NCBI RefSeq assembly: GCF_018350175.1
Contig: NC_058373.1
Location: 117,182,001-117,246,000, forward strand
Reading direction: 5' to 3'
Origin: Felis catus
Lineage: Eukaryota
DNA length: 64,000 nucleotides
Below are positions 23,000-35,830 of the stretch, in pieces. The notes beneath the pieces were generated by a model that saw nothing but the letters and a program-made list of their open reading frames with translations, did no database searches and had not been told where the DNA came from. The translations under genes and the position numbers were made by a program. Each line of letters starts with the position of its first letter. The stretch's first letter is position 1.

Positions 23000-24930
23000 A
23001 ATGAGTGCTATGAAGACAAAGCAGGGAGATGGGATAGAGAATGGCAAGGTACAAGGAAGCATTTAAACAAGAAATTAAAGAAGGTGAGGGGAAATAAACC
23101 CATGTGAATACCCTGGAGAAGAATACTTCAGGCAACAGGAATAGCAATTGTCCCAAGGCAGGGACATCATAAGGTATTTAGAGAACAATTAGGAGGCCAG
23201 TGTTGCTGGAGGGGGGTAAGCAATGGAGAAACTGGGAGGAGAAAAAGCCAAAGAGGTAGACAGCAGTCAGATAATAGGGCCTTTGGATTTTTACCACATC
23301 TGATGGAAAACCATCAGGGTTTTTGAATGTGGGAGAGCCATGATCTTCTTTGTTTTAACTGGATGATGACCCCAGAACAGTCTGTAGAGGGCAAGAGAAC
23401 AAAACAGGAAGATGGATTAGGAGGCTTACACACGAGTTCAGGTGGGAGATGATGGGGCTTGTACGCAGTTGGTAAGTGATGCGTGTGAGAAGTGGTATGA
23501 TTCAGAATATATTTTGAAAGTATTGCCATTAGAATTTGCTAACTGGATGTGGACTTTGGCCTGACCATCTGGCTGAATGGTGGTGCCATTTTCTTAGATG
23601 AGAAAACCATTTGAGAGGCTATTCCCTATTCAAGAGAAGGTGGCCATTGCATGTATGAGCCTGGAGTTAGGGGAGAGGTTATGGCTAGAGAGGTAAAATT
23701 GGATGTGCAACCAGCAGGTGAGTTTAAATCCATGAGGTTGGATAAGATCCCTAAGGGAGTTAGTGTTGGGAGCCAAGAGAGGTTGCCTGAGGACTGAATC
23801 CTGGGGTGTTCCCAACATTTAGAGGTTGAGGAGCTGAAGAGGAGCCAGTGAAGGGGACTGAGAAGGAATTGACGGTAGGAGGACACATAGGCAGGTGAAG
23901 TGTCTGAAAGCTTCAAGAAGAGAGTGCCAAGAATGAAGGAGGAATGAAGAACCATGAGAATGCTACTGAGAGATCAAAGACCTTGACCATGGATGTGAAC
24001 GCTGGATGTAACAGCATGAGATCATGGTGCTGTTGACAATATGAGTGCCACTAGCTGGGTGCGGGCAATGCTGGATTATAATTGCTTTAGGTGAGACTGA
24101 ACGATGAGCAAATGAAGACGGATACATAGTTCTTGAGAGATTTTTGCTATGGGGGCGAGTGTGAGGGAGAAGAACTATCTAGGATGTGAGGTCAGAACTA
24201 TTTAGCTTATTTTTGTTAAGTGGGAGTTACTATGTTTGAAAACTGTTGGGACTTATTAGAGATAAAGATGAAGAGGGTCTCTGTAAGTAGGGTAAGAGGG
24301 AATGAGACCTAGTGTATCAAGTGGTGGACTGGCCACTTTATCTGGAGTTAAGGCGGTGCATGTTCTAGATTTGGACAGGCACAGATAGGTGAGCCTTCAT
24401 AGTTATAGGAACGGGCTCTGTTTTCTTTTGCTTGCTCCTATTTTCTAAGAAAAAATAAGAATCAAGATCATCCGATGAGTATGAGGAAGTATAAAATAGT
24501 TTTCTAGCCGTGGGAGTATAAGTTGGCCAGGGAAGTGTGTGGTAAGATTGTTGAGCAGAGCTGAAAGCCTTTGAGATTAGCGTCCTATCTTTAAAGCAAC
24601 ACCAGCCAGGACAGTTGTTTATTTTCTCTAGATTGGGTCAGTTTCTGTGATGGAGGGAGAGAATCCAAGGATAATTGTATTTAACCAGGGTTATAGCTTT
24701 GCCAACCGAATGATATGGGACAGGAGAGACAGAGATGGACTGGGGACAAATGCAAGGGAGTGATCATTATGAAGCTCAGTGGGTCAGACTGGATGACAAG
24801 GAAGGCAGAACCGTGAGGCAGGTGATTGACCATGAAGAGATGGTCCAGTCAATGGATTCAGGGGCCACAGATGTCAAATTGTTGAAGTTGGGGCCCTGGA
24901 AGGAACGAGCTGGAAATACCTCCGAAATAA
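23000..24930 (-). mobile_element. Long L2 relic (3' end into ORF2)
   Basis: Antisense L2 motifs: gaatacttcaggcaacaggaatagca, aggaggccagtgttgctgga, ttcagaatatattttgaa, gagcctggagttaggggagagg, ccaacatttagagg, aagatcatccgatgagt. Confidence 0.75.
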
Positions 24931-26167
24931 AAGTTGGCAGCATTCCTCAAGATTAATCTCAAAAAGAGACAGTGCAAAATTACTTACTCTGCTGCATGGC
25001 TGGGGAAAAAGGCATTTTTCAAATATGACTTCAACTCATTTTGTACCAGGATGTTCACCCTGATATTCTTGGGCAAGTAAGTAAAATTAGGCAACTATTT
25101 CTGTGTCTTCACCCATAAAAGGAGATGAGCGAGAAGGCAGAACTGAATACTTCGTGATTGTTCAACTCCACGGGATTTCACTGCTTTGTGGCTGTTTAAC
25201 TGACAGGCTAGAGCTGCAGAGATGCCGTTATCAGTGGGGCTACCACGCCTCACCTGAGGAGATAAAATTGGAAGATAAGGTCTTGGTTGGCACAACAATA
25301 GAAGCTTCGGTGGGTCACAAATGAGAGATCAGTGGACGGATGTCATCTATTTGGTTGTTAAGTAATACGCACACAAAGAGCCCTCCCCTGCAGCTTTTGT
25401 CAGTATCTTTATCTTGTGAAGCCTCAGTGAATAAAAACACTTGCTTTGGAAATACAATAAGGTCCCCCATCAACGGTATGGCAATCGTAAAATTTGTTAA
25501 CTATGTAAATCTACTTCATATCACAGGTGAATCCTGTCATCATTTCATTTTACAGTATCTTGGGCATTATTGACTATAATACTGCAATAGTCAGATTTAT
25601 TTCATATTTACTGAAAACCTACCGTAAGCATTCTCACACGCATTGTGTTTTAAGGGGGAAGTTTTCCCAGTGCTTAACATATGTTTTCTAGAAGGAGAGC
25701 CTTCTGAATTGAAACTGAAAGATGATAATTACCACTTTTATTAAATATCCAGCTGGCACACTTGGAAAATGTTATCTTGTTCTCTAGCATTGGTTTTTAT
25801 TTTGGCTTCCCACTTCCTATTTACTTTATTCTTTTGTTTTTGTTGTTTTTGTTTTGAGGGGGATTAGGGCTACAGATTTTATTTTTGCCCTGCATTACTG
25901 GTTTTTGTAAAATAGTTTATAGGTCAAGATTTGTGGATCTATTGGGGGCTTCATCCCAGAACTATTGGCAATAACTAGTTTTTGAAATAATTTTAGATTG
26001 ATGCTTACAGTCATATATGTTTGGGGCGAACTGATGGTGTACAATCTCTTAAGTCTTAATATGAGTGTTGGTTAATTTGGTAGTGTTAAAGTGAGGTTCA
26101 GTCACTGTTTAATTTACCCATCCTTGACTTCCCAGTAGAAGTTATCCCTTTTAAAATGACCTTCCTA

Positions 26168-26408
26168 GGGGCACCTGGGTGGCTCAGTCAGTTAAGCGTC
26201 TGACTTCGGCTCAGGTCATGATCTCCCACCCAGTTCATGAGTTCAAGCCCTGCATCAGGCTCTGTGCTGGTGGCTCAGAGCCTGCAGCTTGCTTCAGATT
26301 CTGTGTCTCCCTCTCTCTCTGTCCTACCCCACTCACACTCTGTCTCTGTCTCTCTCAAAAATAAACAAATGTAAAAAAAAAATGAAATGAAATAAAATGA
26401 AATAAAAT
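26168..26408 (+). mobile_element. Can-SINE
   Basis: TSD aaaatga(c/t)ctt(c/t)cta. Confidence 0.95.
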
Positions 26409-27469
26409 AAAATGATCTTTCTATTGCCAGATTCTTCTTGTCCCTAAACCAACAAACCATCAAAAGTCACTGGGATCATCAGGATGTTTCTTTTCAAGGC
26501 TTTGACAGAACCTCTCCACTATACTGAAGGTTATTGAGTGACTATTTGAAAAAGAACAGTGTGGAAGGCATTGGTGCCTTACATGGCTTTTGAAAGTGGA
26601 CCTCATCATCATGCCCTTACCTGTTGACCAACATGATAACTGTTTACTTTATGGACTGAGGTCAGCATCTACTGCAAATGATGGGGGAGTCCATTGTCTT
26701 TCTGTGCAGGTGAAGTTTAAAAGTCCTCCATAAAATGCATGGGGATCTCAAAAGGAACAAATACAGCAATGCCCGAGGTGACCCCTTTATTGCTGCCTTC
26801 GAAGTACTTTTAATCTCCGAAGGAATGTGGCTTGACTGTGAGAGGGGACAGGTCACCGGAGATTTTAACTTTGCTGTCTCCCCACGTTCCATGCTTTGAG
26901 AATCAAAGGTCGATAACAGTTGGGCAAAATCCTGTATGGGGCCAAAGATTTTTCTAAAGATTTTTAGGTCTATATATAGACCCGTATGTTACTACTTCAA
27001 GCTCTGCCATTGGCAATTTGGGTTTCACTGAGACTGTGTCTTCACAAGATAAGAGCACTTTTATAGGAATCATGTTTTATATAAATACATTTTATTTAAT
27101 CTCATCAATAGTTTTTTTTTAAGCTGGTTTTAAGCTAATTTGGCATCTATCTCAGAGAGTGGCATATCCTAGGAGATAGATTTGCCCAGAAAATACTCGA
27201 TGGCTATCCATTTAAAAGCTGAAATTAGGTCAGTGTTATCTTGTCTACAGGTAACAAAAATAAAACCCCAAGGGAGTATTGACTTGGGATTTTATTTAAG
27301 TGCTTAATTTCCTGAAAAAACAGTTTTGAGACTGAATAATTATTGTATTACCGAATAATTATATATTTTTTCTCTCCCAGTGTTCTAACTTAGACATTAG
27401 AGACAAATGTTCTTATAAAGACCACAAAATCTCCAATTAGCCAAAGAATGAAATATACACTACGGATCA

Positions 27470-27766
27470 CTTACCACAATCACTTACCAAAACCTCCAGG
27501 ATGGATGTATTTTGGAATTCAAGAGTTTTTGGGTTTTCTTCGGGTCTGACGTGGCGTTTGTTAATCAAACACACTAGGGACTTCTCAGGTGAAAGTGAAA
27601 ATTCACAGGAAGTGGAATAGAGATACAGTCACCTCACATCTGTTCAAGTAACAGTTTTGCATCCTATTGAGTCTTGGCATCAAACTTAAAACAACCAAGA
27701 AGCCAAGCAAACAAAACTTTGTTTTTAAGCTTTTGAAATTTGGACTTGCAGTTAGATTGTGGGCCT
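27470..27766. mobile_element. MER46C-like TcMar-Tigger DNA transposon
   Basis: ccacaatcacttac...atgtattttggaattca...aatcaaacaca...gagtcttggcatcaaactta...gattgtgggcct. Confidence 0.7.
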
Positions 27767-27864
27767 CTCTTGCTCTTCTCTGGATGATATCTACCTTATT
27801 TATTATTAGTTTATTTGTAAAAACAACAACAAAAAATGAGGTCTGTGTTTACCACAACTCTAAT

Positions 27865-28023
27865 ATTTTGCTACTCACAGTGGGGTCCAGAGCCAACAGC
27901 TTCAGCGTTACCTGGGAGCTTGCTGGAAATGCAAAATCACAGGCCCCTCCCCAGCCCTGCCGAATCTGCATTTTAATAAACCCTCAGGTGATTTGTGTGT
28001 ATACTAAAGATCAAGAAGCACCG
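27865..28023. mobile_element. MER5A-like DNA transposon
   Basis: gctactcacagtggggtcc...acctgggagcttgctggaaatgcaaaatc...gaatctgcattttaa. Confidence 0.8.
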
Positions 28024-28630
28024 ATCTAGTATTGTATGGGATTTAATTTAGAATTCAAGTTTGACAGGACAAAGGCCCACATGGGCATATTTGACCTTTC
28101 CAACCCCTTGGAGAATGAAGTTGTGTGTGTCCCTTGCCGGTCCCATGGCATCCCCCTTCTCTGTAAGCCCCATCCAGATGACTCTAACGCAACCAACTTT
28201 TATAGTCAGTATTTCCTCCGTCTTTTATTGTCTCTTAAAAAAATGAAAACATTTGGCTTTTAACTGGATCATCTAATTCATCTATTTACATTTATTGTAA
28301 CTCTTGACACATTGGGACTTGTTTCTTTTATTTTGTACTTTATTCTGCCATGTTTCTTTTCTCTTGTATTTTTCTGGATTGATAATTTTTCTCATCTCAA
28401 TTCCTTCCTCTGCTAGTTTGTTGTATATTCTGTTTCCATGTTGTAACAGGAACCCAAGGAATTTGACCATATACACTTACAAAAGTCTAAATTTAGCTAA
28501 TCTCTTTCCTCCTCCCAAGTCATACCTTCGAACACTTAGCTCCTATTACCCTCTTCTGTTCCATGCTATTGTTATTGTGTATTTGGTCTATTGTAAAAAT
28601 TATTAATCACGTAAGAGTTTGTTATTGTTT

Positions 28631-28864
28631 TTTTTTTTTAAAGTTTATTTTATTTTTTTTTCAACGTTTATTTATTTTTGGGACAGAGAGAGACAGAGCA
28701 TGAACGGGGGAGGGGCAGAGAGAGAGGGAGACACAGAATCAGAAACAGGCTCCAGGCTCCGAGCCATCAGCCCAGAGCCTGACGCGGGGCTCGAACTCAC
28801 GGACCGCGAGATCGCGACCTGGCTGAAGTCGGACACTTAACCGACTGCGCCACCCAGGCGCCCC
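28631..28864 (-). mobile_element. Young felid SINEC_Fc
   Basis: TSD agagtttgttattgtttt. Confidence 0.97.
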
Positions 28865-29149
28865 TAGAGTTTGTTATTGTTTTAAAGAGGATGCTTATTT
28901 ACATTTATCCACATATTTGCCCACATGCTTTGTTTGTATCTTTGCATTTTAGATCTTCCTCTGGGATCACTTTTATTCTACTTAAGTTCTGTAGACTTTC
29001 TTCCAGTGAGGACCTTGGTGACAAAAATTTCCATTTTTGTTTGAAAATGTCTTTATTTTGCCCTTATTCTAATCTGCTGTTAAATGTATCTATTTTGTTT
29101 CTATTTCAATTTCAATATTTTTTATTTCCAGAACCCATTTAGTTTTTTA

Positions 29150-29339
29150 AAGCTTTTTTGTCTTTTTTAAGATAGCATGGGCAGAGGGAGAGAGAGAGAG
29201 ACAGAAAAATAATCTTAAGCAGTCTCCATGCTCAGCACAGAGCCAGACTTCGGGCTTGATCCTTGAGATCCTTGGGATCATGACCTGAGCTGAAATTGAG
29301 AGTTGGACACGCTCAATGGACTGAGTCACCCCGACACCC
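29150..29339 (-). mobile_element. Older Can-SINE
   Basis: gggatcatgacctgagctgaaattgagagttggacacgctcaatggactgag. Confidence 0.88.
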
Positions 29340-29517
29340 TATTTTAATATCCAGTTTTTTTATGATAGTATTTTTTCTGACCACATTTTCAAATTTCTTT
29401 TCTTACTGCTTGAACATAAAAAGGATGGTATTTCGTTCTGAATTTCTTAATTCCAGTATCTGAAGTCTTTATGAGTTCGGTTCTGTTGTCTGTTACTCAT
29501 GTGTCTTGTTTCCTAGC

Positions 29518-29520
<3 letters not shown>

Positions 29521-29563
<43 letters not shown>
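29521..29563. repeat. (GT)n microsatellite
   Basis: About 21 GT units. Confidence 0.97.
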
Positions 29564-29566
<3 letters not shown>

Positions 29567-29871
29567 ACCAATTAGTTGATTCCTTTTCAACTTTGACCTA
29601 CTCCTTTTTCTCGTAACTGGGTGAGGGTTTTTCCAGATGTAGGTTACAGATGAATTCTTCCAGAAATTGGGTGAGGTAGCATCTGCCATGTGCCTGAAGT
29701 ATTACCAACTATGAATGACCCTTGACCTTAAATGTTCTGCTTCAGGGTTTTGGGGACCCTGCCTGTTGTATGAGTTTGTGCCGCAAACTTGCATGGGTTT
29801 GGTTGGTTGCAATGAATATCTAGGATTGATTTTTTTCCTCCTTCCATCCTTGGTTAAAATTAGGGACAGGA

Positions 29872-30100
29872 GGGGCGCCTGGGTGGCGCAGTCGGTTAAG
29901 CGTCCGACTTCAGCTAGGTCATGATCTCGCGGTCCGTGAGTTCGAGCCCCGCGTCGGGCTCTGGGCTGATGGCTCGGAGCCTGGAGCCTGTTTCCGATTC
30001 TGTGTCTCCCTCTCTCTCTGCCCCTCCCCTGTTCATGCTCTGTCTCTCTCTGTCCCAAAAATAAAAAAAAATAAAACGTTGAAAAAAAAATTAAAAAAAA
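29872..30100 (+). mobile_element. Young felid SINEC_Fc
   Basis: Perfect TSD aaaattagggacagga at 29856-29871 and 30101-30116. Confidence 0.97.
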
Positions 30101-30519
30101 AAAATTAGGGACAGGAAAGTTTCCTTGTACTCGTCCACGAGCATAGTTAAATGGACTGTTTGTGGTTCTGCTGGTGGTGGGGAGGATCTCCTGTGCCTGT
30201 AGCCATGCGGCTCGGTAAAGGCGCCATAGGATGGACTTGAGCGACTTCCTTGTTTGCTCTGGTCCTTCCTGCTGGGCCTGAAACCAAAGCTCCTGTACTC
30301 AAGGTAGACTCCTGACCTCCAGGCAAAAGCCAGCTTCAGTGCTCAGCTTACTTTATAGGAGTCACACTTACTTTGCAGGGATGACGCACACATATACATG
30401 TGCGTATAGGTGTATATGTGAGCCTGCATGTCCATGTAGGTAGATATGGGACCATATGTGTACGTGTATCCATATACAGGCACACATATGTAAAGAGCAG
30501 GAGACGTAAGAGGCATTTT

Positions 30520-30771
30520 ATATATTTTATTTTTTAAATTTAAATCCACGTTAGTTAACATACAGTGTAGTATGGGTTTCAGGAGTAGAACCCAGTGATT
30601 CATCAGTTACATACAACACCCAGTGCTCATCCCAACAAGCGCCCTCCTTAGTACCCATCACCCACCTAGCCCATCCCCCCACCCAGCACCCCACCAGCAA
30701 CCCTCAGTTTGTTCTCTGTATTTAAGAGTCTCTTGTGGTTTGTCTCCCTCTCTGTTTCTATCTTATTTTTG
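30520..30771 (-). mobile_element. 5'-truncated carnivore/felid L1 3' end
   Basis: gttaacatacagtgtagta...acaacacccagtgctcatcccaacaag...agcaaccctcagtttgttctctg; TSD gtaaga(g/a)g(c/t)atttt. Confidence 0.9.
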
Positions 30772-31142
30772 GTAAGAAGTATTTTAAAGAGAGAATGGTG
30801 TCAGGGTGATGGGCAGTATAACCGGTTCCTTCGAGTGCTATTGTAACCCATCAGCCCATATTCACACATCCTCCTTTAACCTCCATTCCCCTTTGGGGGG
30901 GAAGTAAACATAGGTCTGGGCATCTTGACGTGTTTTAAATGAGGAGAAAGAAGCTTGTCTTCTTGAGAAAGCAGTGGTGTGTAATCCTTTCAGGTAGTAA
31001 CTCATCCTCCCTTCATTAGCAACTTAATCTGTATTTTACAAATGAAGTTAATGGATGTTAATTTCCATGTCAAAATAGCTTAAGCAGCATCACCTTAGAC
31101 TTCCAGTTAGCCTTGTAACCATTACAGCAGCATGGCATCCTG

Positions 31143-31316
31143 CTGTGGATCTCGTATTTGGCTGTGCATCAGACCTGCCTGGGGAGCTTTAAAATTGCTG
31201 CAGCCTGGAAGTCACCCCCCAAAACTGATATCTTTGGTCTGGATGCAGCCTGGGGCATCAGCAGTTTTAAAAGCTCCCCAAGCGCCTCTACTGGGCGGAC
31301 CAGATTGAGGACTACT
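31143..31316. mobile_element. MER5A-like DNA transposon
   Basis: ggctgtgcatcaga...ctggggagctttaaaa...gcagttttaaaagctcccca. Confidence 0.75.
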
Positions 31317-31320
31317 CAAC

Positions 31321-31530
31321 AGTAGTTAATTTACATGGGAGCCACATTTAGACTTACTGGGTTCAGATCCTGACTCTGTCACTCACTAGATGTATGACTT
31401 TAGGCAAATTTCACAATGTCAGCCTGGCTCAGTTTCTTCATCTGTAAGATGGGGATGATGACAGTGGCACCTACTATCCAATGCACTGTCCAATGCAACA
31501 TGCACGGACTAGTGGATGGCACAAAACAAA
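31321..31530 (+). mobile_element. MIR
   Basis: ctgggttcagatcctgactctgtcactcactag...ctcagtttcttcatctgtaagatgggg. Confidence 0.8.
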
Positions 31531-31545
31531 CATTGTTGCTATTTT

Positions 31546-31774
31546 GTTTATTTATTTAAAAAAATTTTTGTTTAATGTTTATTTTTGAGAGAAAGCAGGG
31601 GCGCCAGCGGGGGAGGGGGAGGGAGAGGGAGACATAGAATCTGAAGCAGGCTCCAGGCCCCTGGCTTTCATCACAGAGCCCATGCGTGCAGAGCTCAAAT
31701 CCATGAGCTGTGAGATCACGCACGGCCTGAGCCGAAAACGGGATGCTTAACCGACCGAGCCACCCAGGCACCCC
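31546..31774 (-). mobile_element. Can-SINE
   Basis: TSD cattgttgctatttt. Confidence 0.93.
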
Positions 31775-32583
31775 TCATTGTTGCTATTTTAAATATACTA
31801 TTGATAAAAATTATTACTATAACTAGATATTTTCTGTCTCAGAAGCCCATGTGAGGTTAAGAATTTAAATCTTGTTTTGGGTAGTACCAACCTAACTTTG
31901 GTATTTGATCAGTTTTGCTTAATTTTTTTGGTTTGTTCCATAGTTTTACTTAAAAGTTCGTCCTAATAACCCTCTAAGTTTAGGCAGTATCTGCTGGAAT
32001 CATTTAAGGTGTTTGTTTCCAGAAGACTGCAAAAATTAAATCAAGGTATTTGCAGAGAAAAGATTGACAGCTTGCGGGTAGCCTAGAGAAAGAGCCCCAG
32101 TTCCTAACAAAGAGAGGAAAGCATAACAGGGAGCTTTTCCTTAAGCTGGAAATTAGTGCCTTCAAAATAATGTATCATATGCCACTGTTGATGACAATAC
32201 CCAGAATCTTAGAGAAAAGCTTCATTAACATAAATATCTGATTTTTTCCGAAGCTGTACCAGTGTAGAGCCTGTTTTTCTAAGGATCTATGCATTCTATA
32301 CTTTTTCTTGTTTTCCTGTGTCACCCATCCTCTACAAGGTGGTTTAAATGTTTTGTGTTCTTGGTTTTACATTTTTACTCTCCCTTGAGTGAACAGTAAG
32401 ACGGTCACCAGCAGATAGTGCATTTGTAAGTCACGTTATTTTCCCATTAAATTACTTGATAATTTCAGAGAAACTGTATTCCTATTTTTGATTCATTTTC
32501 AACTGACAATGCCCCTTTTTTAGGTCCTGTATTTAGCATCTCTTCTTACTGATGTGGAAACAAACTTTTAAATGAACTACCTT

Positions 32584-32734
32584 TATTTGTTTGTTTGTTT
32601 GTTTGTTTATTTAAAGTAGGCTTCACCCTCAAGTGTGGAGCCTAATGTAGGGCTTGAACTCACCACACTGAGATCAAGATCTAAGCTGAGATCAGAAGTT
32701 GGATGTTTAATGGACTGAGCCACTCAGGCACCCC
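32584..32734 (-). mobile_element. Short older Can-SINE without (CT)n
   Basis: TSD aatgaactacctt. Confidence 0.9.
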
Positions 32735-32844
32735 AATGAACTACCTTTTTAAAGAAATATTTTAATAAAAGATCTTTTGTAATGTGAATAATGTTTTGTT
32801 CATGGTTTTCTGGAGAAATCTGCCATGTTCCTTTAAGCCTTTAC

Positions 32845-33060
32845 TTTTTTTTTTTTTTAAGTTTATTTATTTTGAGAGAGACAGAGATGGCACCAGTTGG
32901 GGAGGGGCAGAGAGAAAGGGAGAGACACAGAATCCCAAGCAGGCTCTGCATTGTCAGCATGGGGCCGGATGCGGGGCTCGAACTCAGGAAACTGTGAGAT
33001 CATGGCCCAAGCCGAAATCAAGAGTCAGATGCTTAACCAACTGAGCCACCTAGGCACCTC
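32845..33060 (-). mobile_element. Can-SINE
   Basis: Antisense SINE body. Confidence 0.93.
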
Positions 33061-34369
33061 TCCGGCTCTACTTCTGTACTGGATATGGTTTCATTTATTT
33101 TTTGGGTAAAGGCATGTGCAAATATAATATCTGATTATTTATCTCAGTTCGACCTCTCCAATTAGATATCATTATCAAGAAAATCAACTCTTTTTCACAC
33201 AGAATTTAAAAGTAGACCAGGACTTGTGACATCATATTAATCAGAGCACTTATGAAATATTATTTAATTTCTTTGCTCTCCTTGTAAAGCATCATTTTCA
33301 TTAACTCATTAATTCATGTATTTATTCATTATTTGTGTACCCAACAAAATAATATGATACAGCCTTGCCCTTAAGGATTTTATAGTCTAGGAAAACAAAT
33401 ATGTACACATACACACACCATGTCTGAGGATATGAACAGACATAAGATGAAGGTGGAACCCAAACAGCTCTTGTACATTTTGGTTTTCATATAATCTAGC
33501 CCATCATTTCTCTCCCAGAAAGTAGAATGGATTGCTTTTTATTATAAACATAATGCATGTTCACTGTTAGAGAGATAAAGGTATCTAACCAGAAGAGAAA
33601 TTAACCTGTGATCCCCCCACCTATTAGCAGTAAGTATTGTTAACATTTTATTCTTTACTCTTACAAATTTCTTGCAGACGTTTTCTCTGTGTATTCATAG
33701 GCTGCCACAATTGTTTCAATCCCACACCAGTTCATTTAGGTCATCAGACAGCAGTGCAGGTGTTTCCTCCCAAAACGGGCTCAAGTTAATTTTGGTATAT
33801 TCCTTGGTGCATTCCTCCAAGTCTTCTTCAAATGCTAAGACTTTCTCCTTTTTGAAGGAAAACACGCTCCCAAACTCTTACCCAGACCTTCTCTCCAAGA
33901 GGTCCTGGCCAGAACATGTATGAATTTCCTTCTGTCTTCAAAGCATTTGCATTTTGCTCCTTCATTTTATAATTCCCTTCCTAGAGGAGAATAGGCCAGT
34001 GCCCGGCGAGCTGGGGTGACGGTTTGCTGTGCAATGGCCACGGGCACCTTAGTATGGCTGTGTTCCTATTCTGCTCCCCACAGGGTGAAAGGGATGAAAT
34101 ACTCTGTAACCATACCTTTCTTCTGTTCTTGTTTTGTCATTCTTACTCTAGCCTTATTGCTGAGCTTATTAATGTTATTCTTCCATTTATTAATCCAAGT
34201 TCATTCTCCTCTTCGGTATAGTTTTAGTACGAATTTCTCTGCGGATCCGTACTGACCATTCAACAACAATGGCAGTGGGTCAAGTTACACTTGATGCTTT
34301 GGTCTGTTTACTTCTTCTCTCTTTATGGATATCTTATTTCTTTCTATATCCTTGTAACTACATCAAAAT

Positions 34370-35130
34370 AGTTTTTAATAGTTACATAGCATTCCATTGT
34401 ATGGCCATCCTGCACTTAAATAATCAACTGTGTAAAGTTGATTTTCAATTTTTCAATAGTCTGGTTAACACTACAATGAATATCCTTTTACTTGGGACTG
34501 GTTTGTAGGTGGAGGATTGCTGGATTAAAAGATGTCTATATGTAACAGATGTGTGCATATACAATATATGAATATATATATTCATATATGTGTGTATATA
34601 TGAATATATGTGTGTATGTATATGAATATATATGTGTACACACACATGTATGTATCTCCGAATTATCCGACAGAACATTGTACCAACTTACATTCATGCA
34701 AACAAGGCATTACAATTTCCCAGAGCCTTTCCAACCCTGGTTATTCACAATCCTTTCAAAAAACTTTGTAATTAAGATTAATGAAAATATATTGATTTAT
34801 GATTATTTACTGGTAAAATTGAGTATCTTTCCATATCATTCTTGTGTATGAATTTCCTCTTCATATTTTTGCTTACTTTTCCATTGAATTAGTTTTCTTA
34901 TTGGTTTGTAATGGCTCTGTATATAGAAAGAACCTTAATCTTTGCCCATTTTGCATAGTACAAATATTCTCTCTAGTTTCCTGTTAGTTGCTTAGCCTCA
35001 GTCTAGTGATTTTCTTTCTTCTGAAATGTTAAGTTGTATGTAATCATATCTTTTAGTTTTTTCTTTATTGTTTCTGGCTTTGACTACATGCAAAAAAAGC
35101 CCCTTCCCACCCCAAAGTTGTAAAACTACT
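34370..35130 (-). mobile_element. L1ME-like fragment containing a (TA/CA)-rich tract; its 3' terminus probably lies at 33540-33700
   Basis: tttttaatagttacatagcattccattgtatg...ggattgctggattaaaag...ttgtaccaacttacattc. Confidence 0.7.
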
Positions 35131-35159
35131 GGGTGGTGATTTTGAAGTTCCACTTTCAC

Positions 35160-35411
35160 TTTAAAATTTTTCTTTTAATGTTTTTATTTATTTTTGAGAG
35201 AGAGACAGAGAGAGACAGAGACAGAGTGTGAGTGGGGGGAGAGGCAGAGAGAGAGGGAGACACAGAATCCAAAGCAGGCTCCAGGTTCTGAGCTGTCAGC
35301 ACAGAGCCAGATGTGGGGGGTGGGGGGGGGGGTGGCTCAAACTCATGAACCACAAGATCATTACCTGAGCCGAAGTCAGAAACTTAACCAACTGAGCCAC
35401 CCAGGCACCCC
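35160..35411 (-). mobile_element. Can-SINE with expanded G run
   Basis: TSD ttgaa(g/a)ttccacttt. Confidence 0.93.
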
Positions 35412-35619
35412 TTGAAATTCCACTTTTAATGTTTACTAAGTGCTCCTGAATAATGGTCTGCTTTGAAGCCCTTGAATTCTTGCTTTATCTGCTTGTCTGT
35501 TTCTGACTATTGTGGGTACAGCAGGATACATATTTATATCTATGTAAAAAGCCATGTAGCCATATGTAAGCAAACACACCTGTTACTCTTAAAAATTTTT
35601 TCCAGTCTATTCTTGAGTG

Positions 35620-35830
35620 CTTATTCTTTTAAGTGAGTATTAAACATTTTGTCATGTTCCAAGAAAGATTCCACTGGTGCTTGTTGTATTAAATTTAAGC
35701 TAATTGACAAGAGAATCTGCATCTTTGTAGTATCGTCTTCCAATCTAGCTAGGACGTAGGCATTATCGGTCTTTATCCCCCTAAGCTCTTTCCAGTTTTC
35801 AACAATGGTATCAACATTCTCAAATTGCTG
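35620..35830 (-). mobile_element. Old L1 ORF2 fragment
   Basis: gagaatctgcatctttgtagtatcgtcttccaatc; minus-strand translation LEDDTTKMQIL resembles the L1 ORF2 GRLNIVKMSIL region. Confidence 0.5.

Larger units (their letters stand above)
28270..30370 (-). mobile_element. Fragmented old L1M/HAL1-like LINE, interrupted by three SINEs and (GT)n
   Basis: T-rich antisense L1-like blocks (tttgtttgaaaatgtctttattttgccctt; aattccagtatctgaagtc). Confidence 0.5.
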
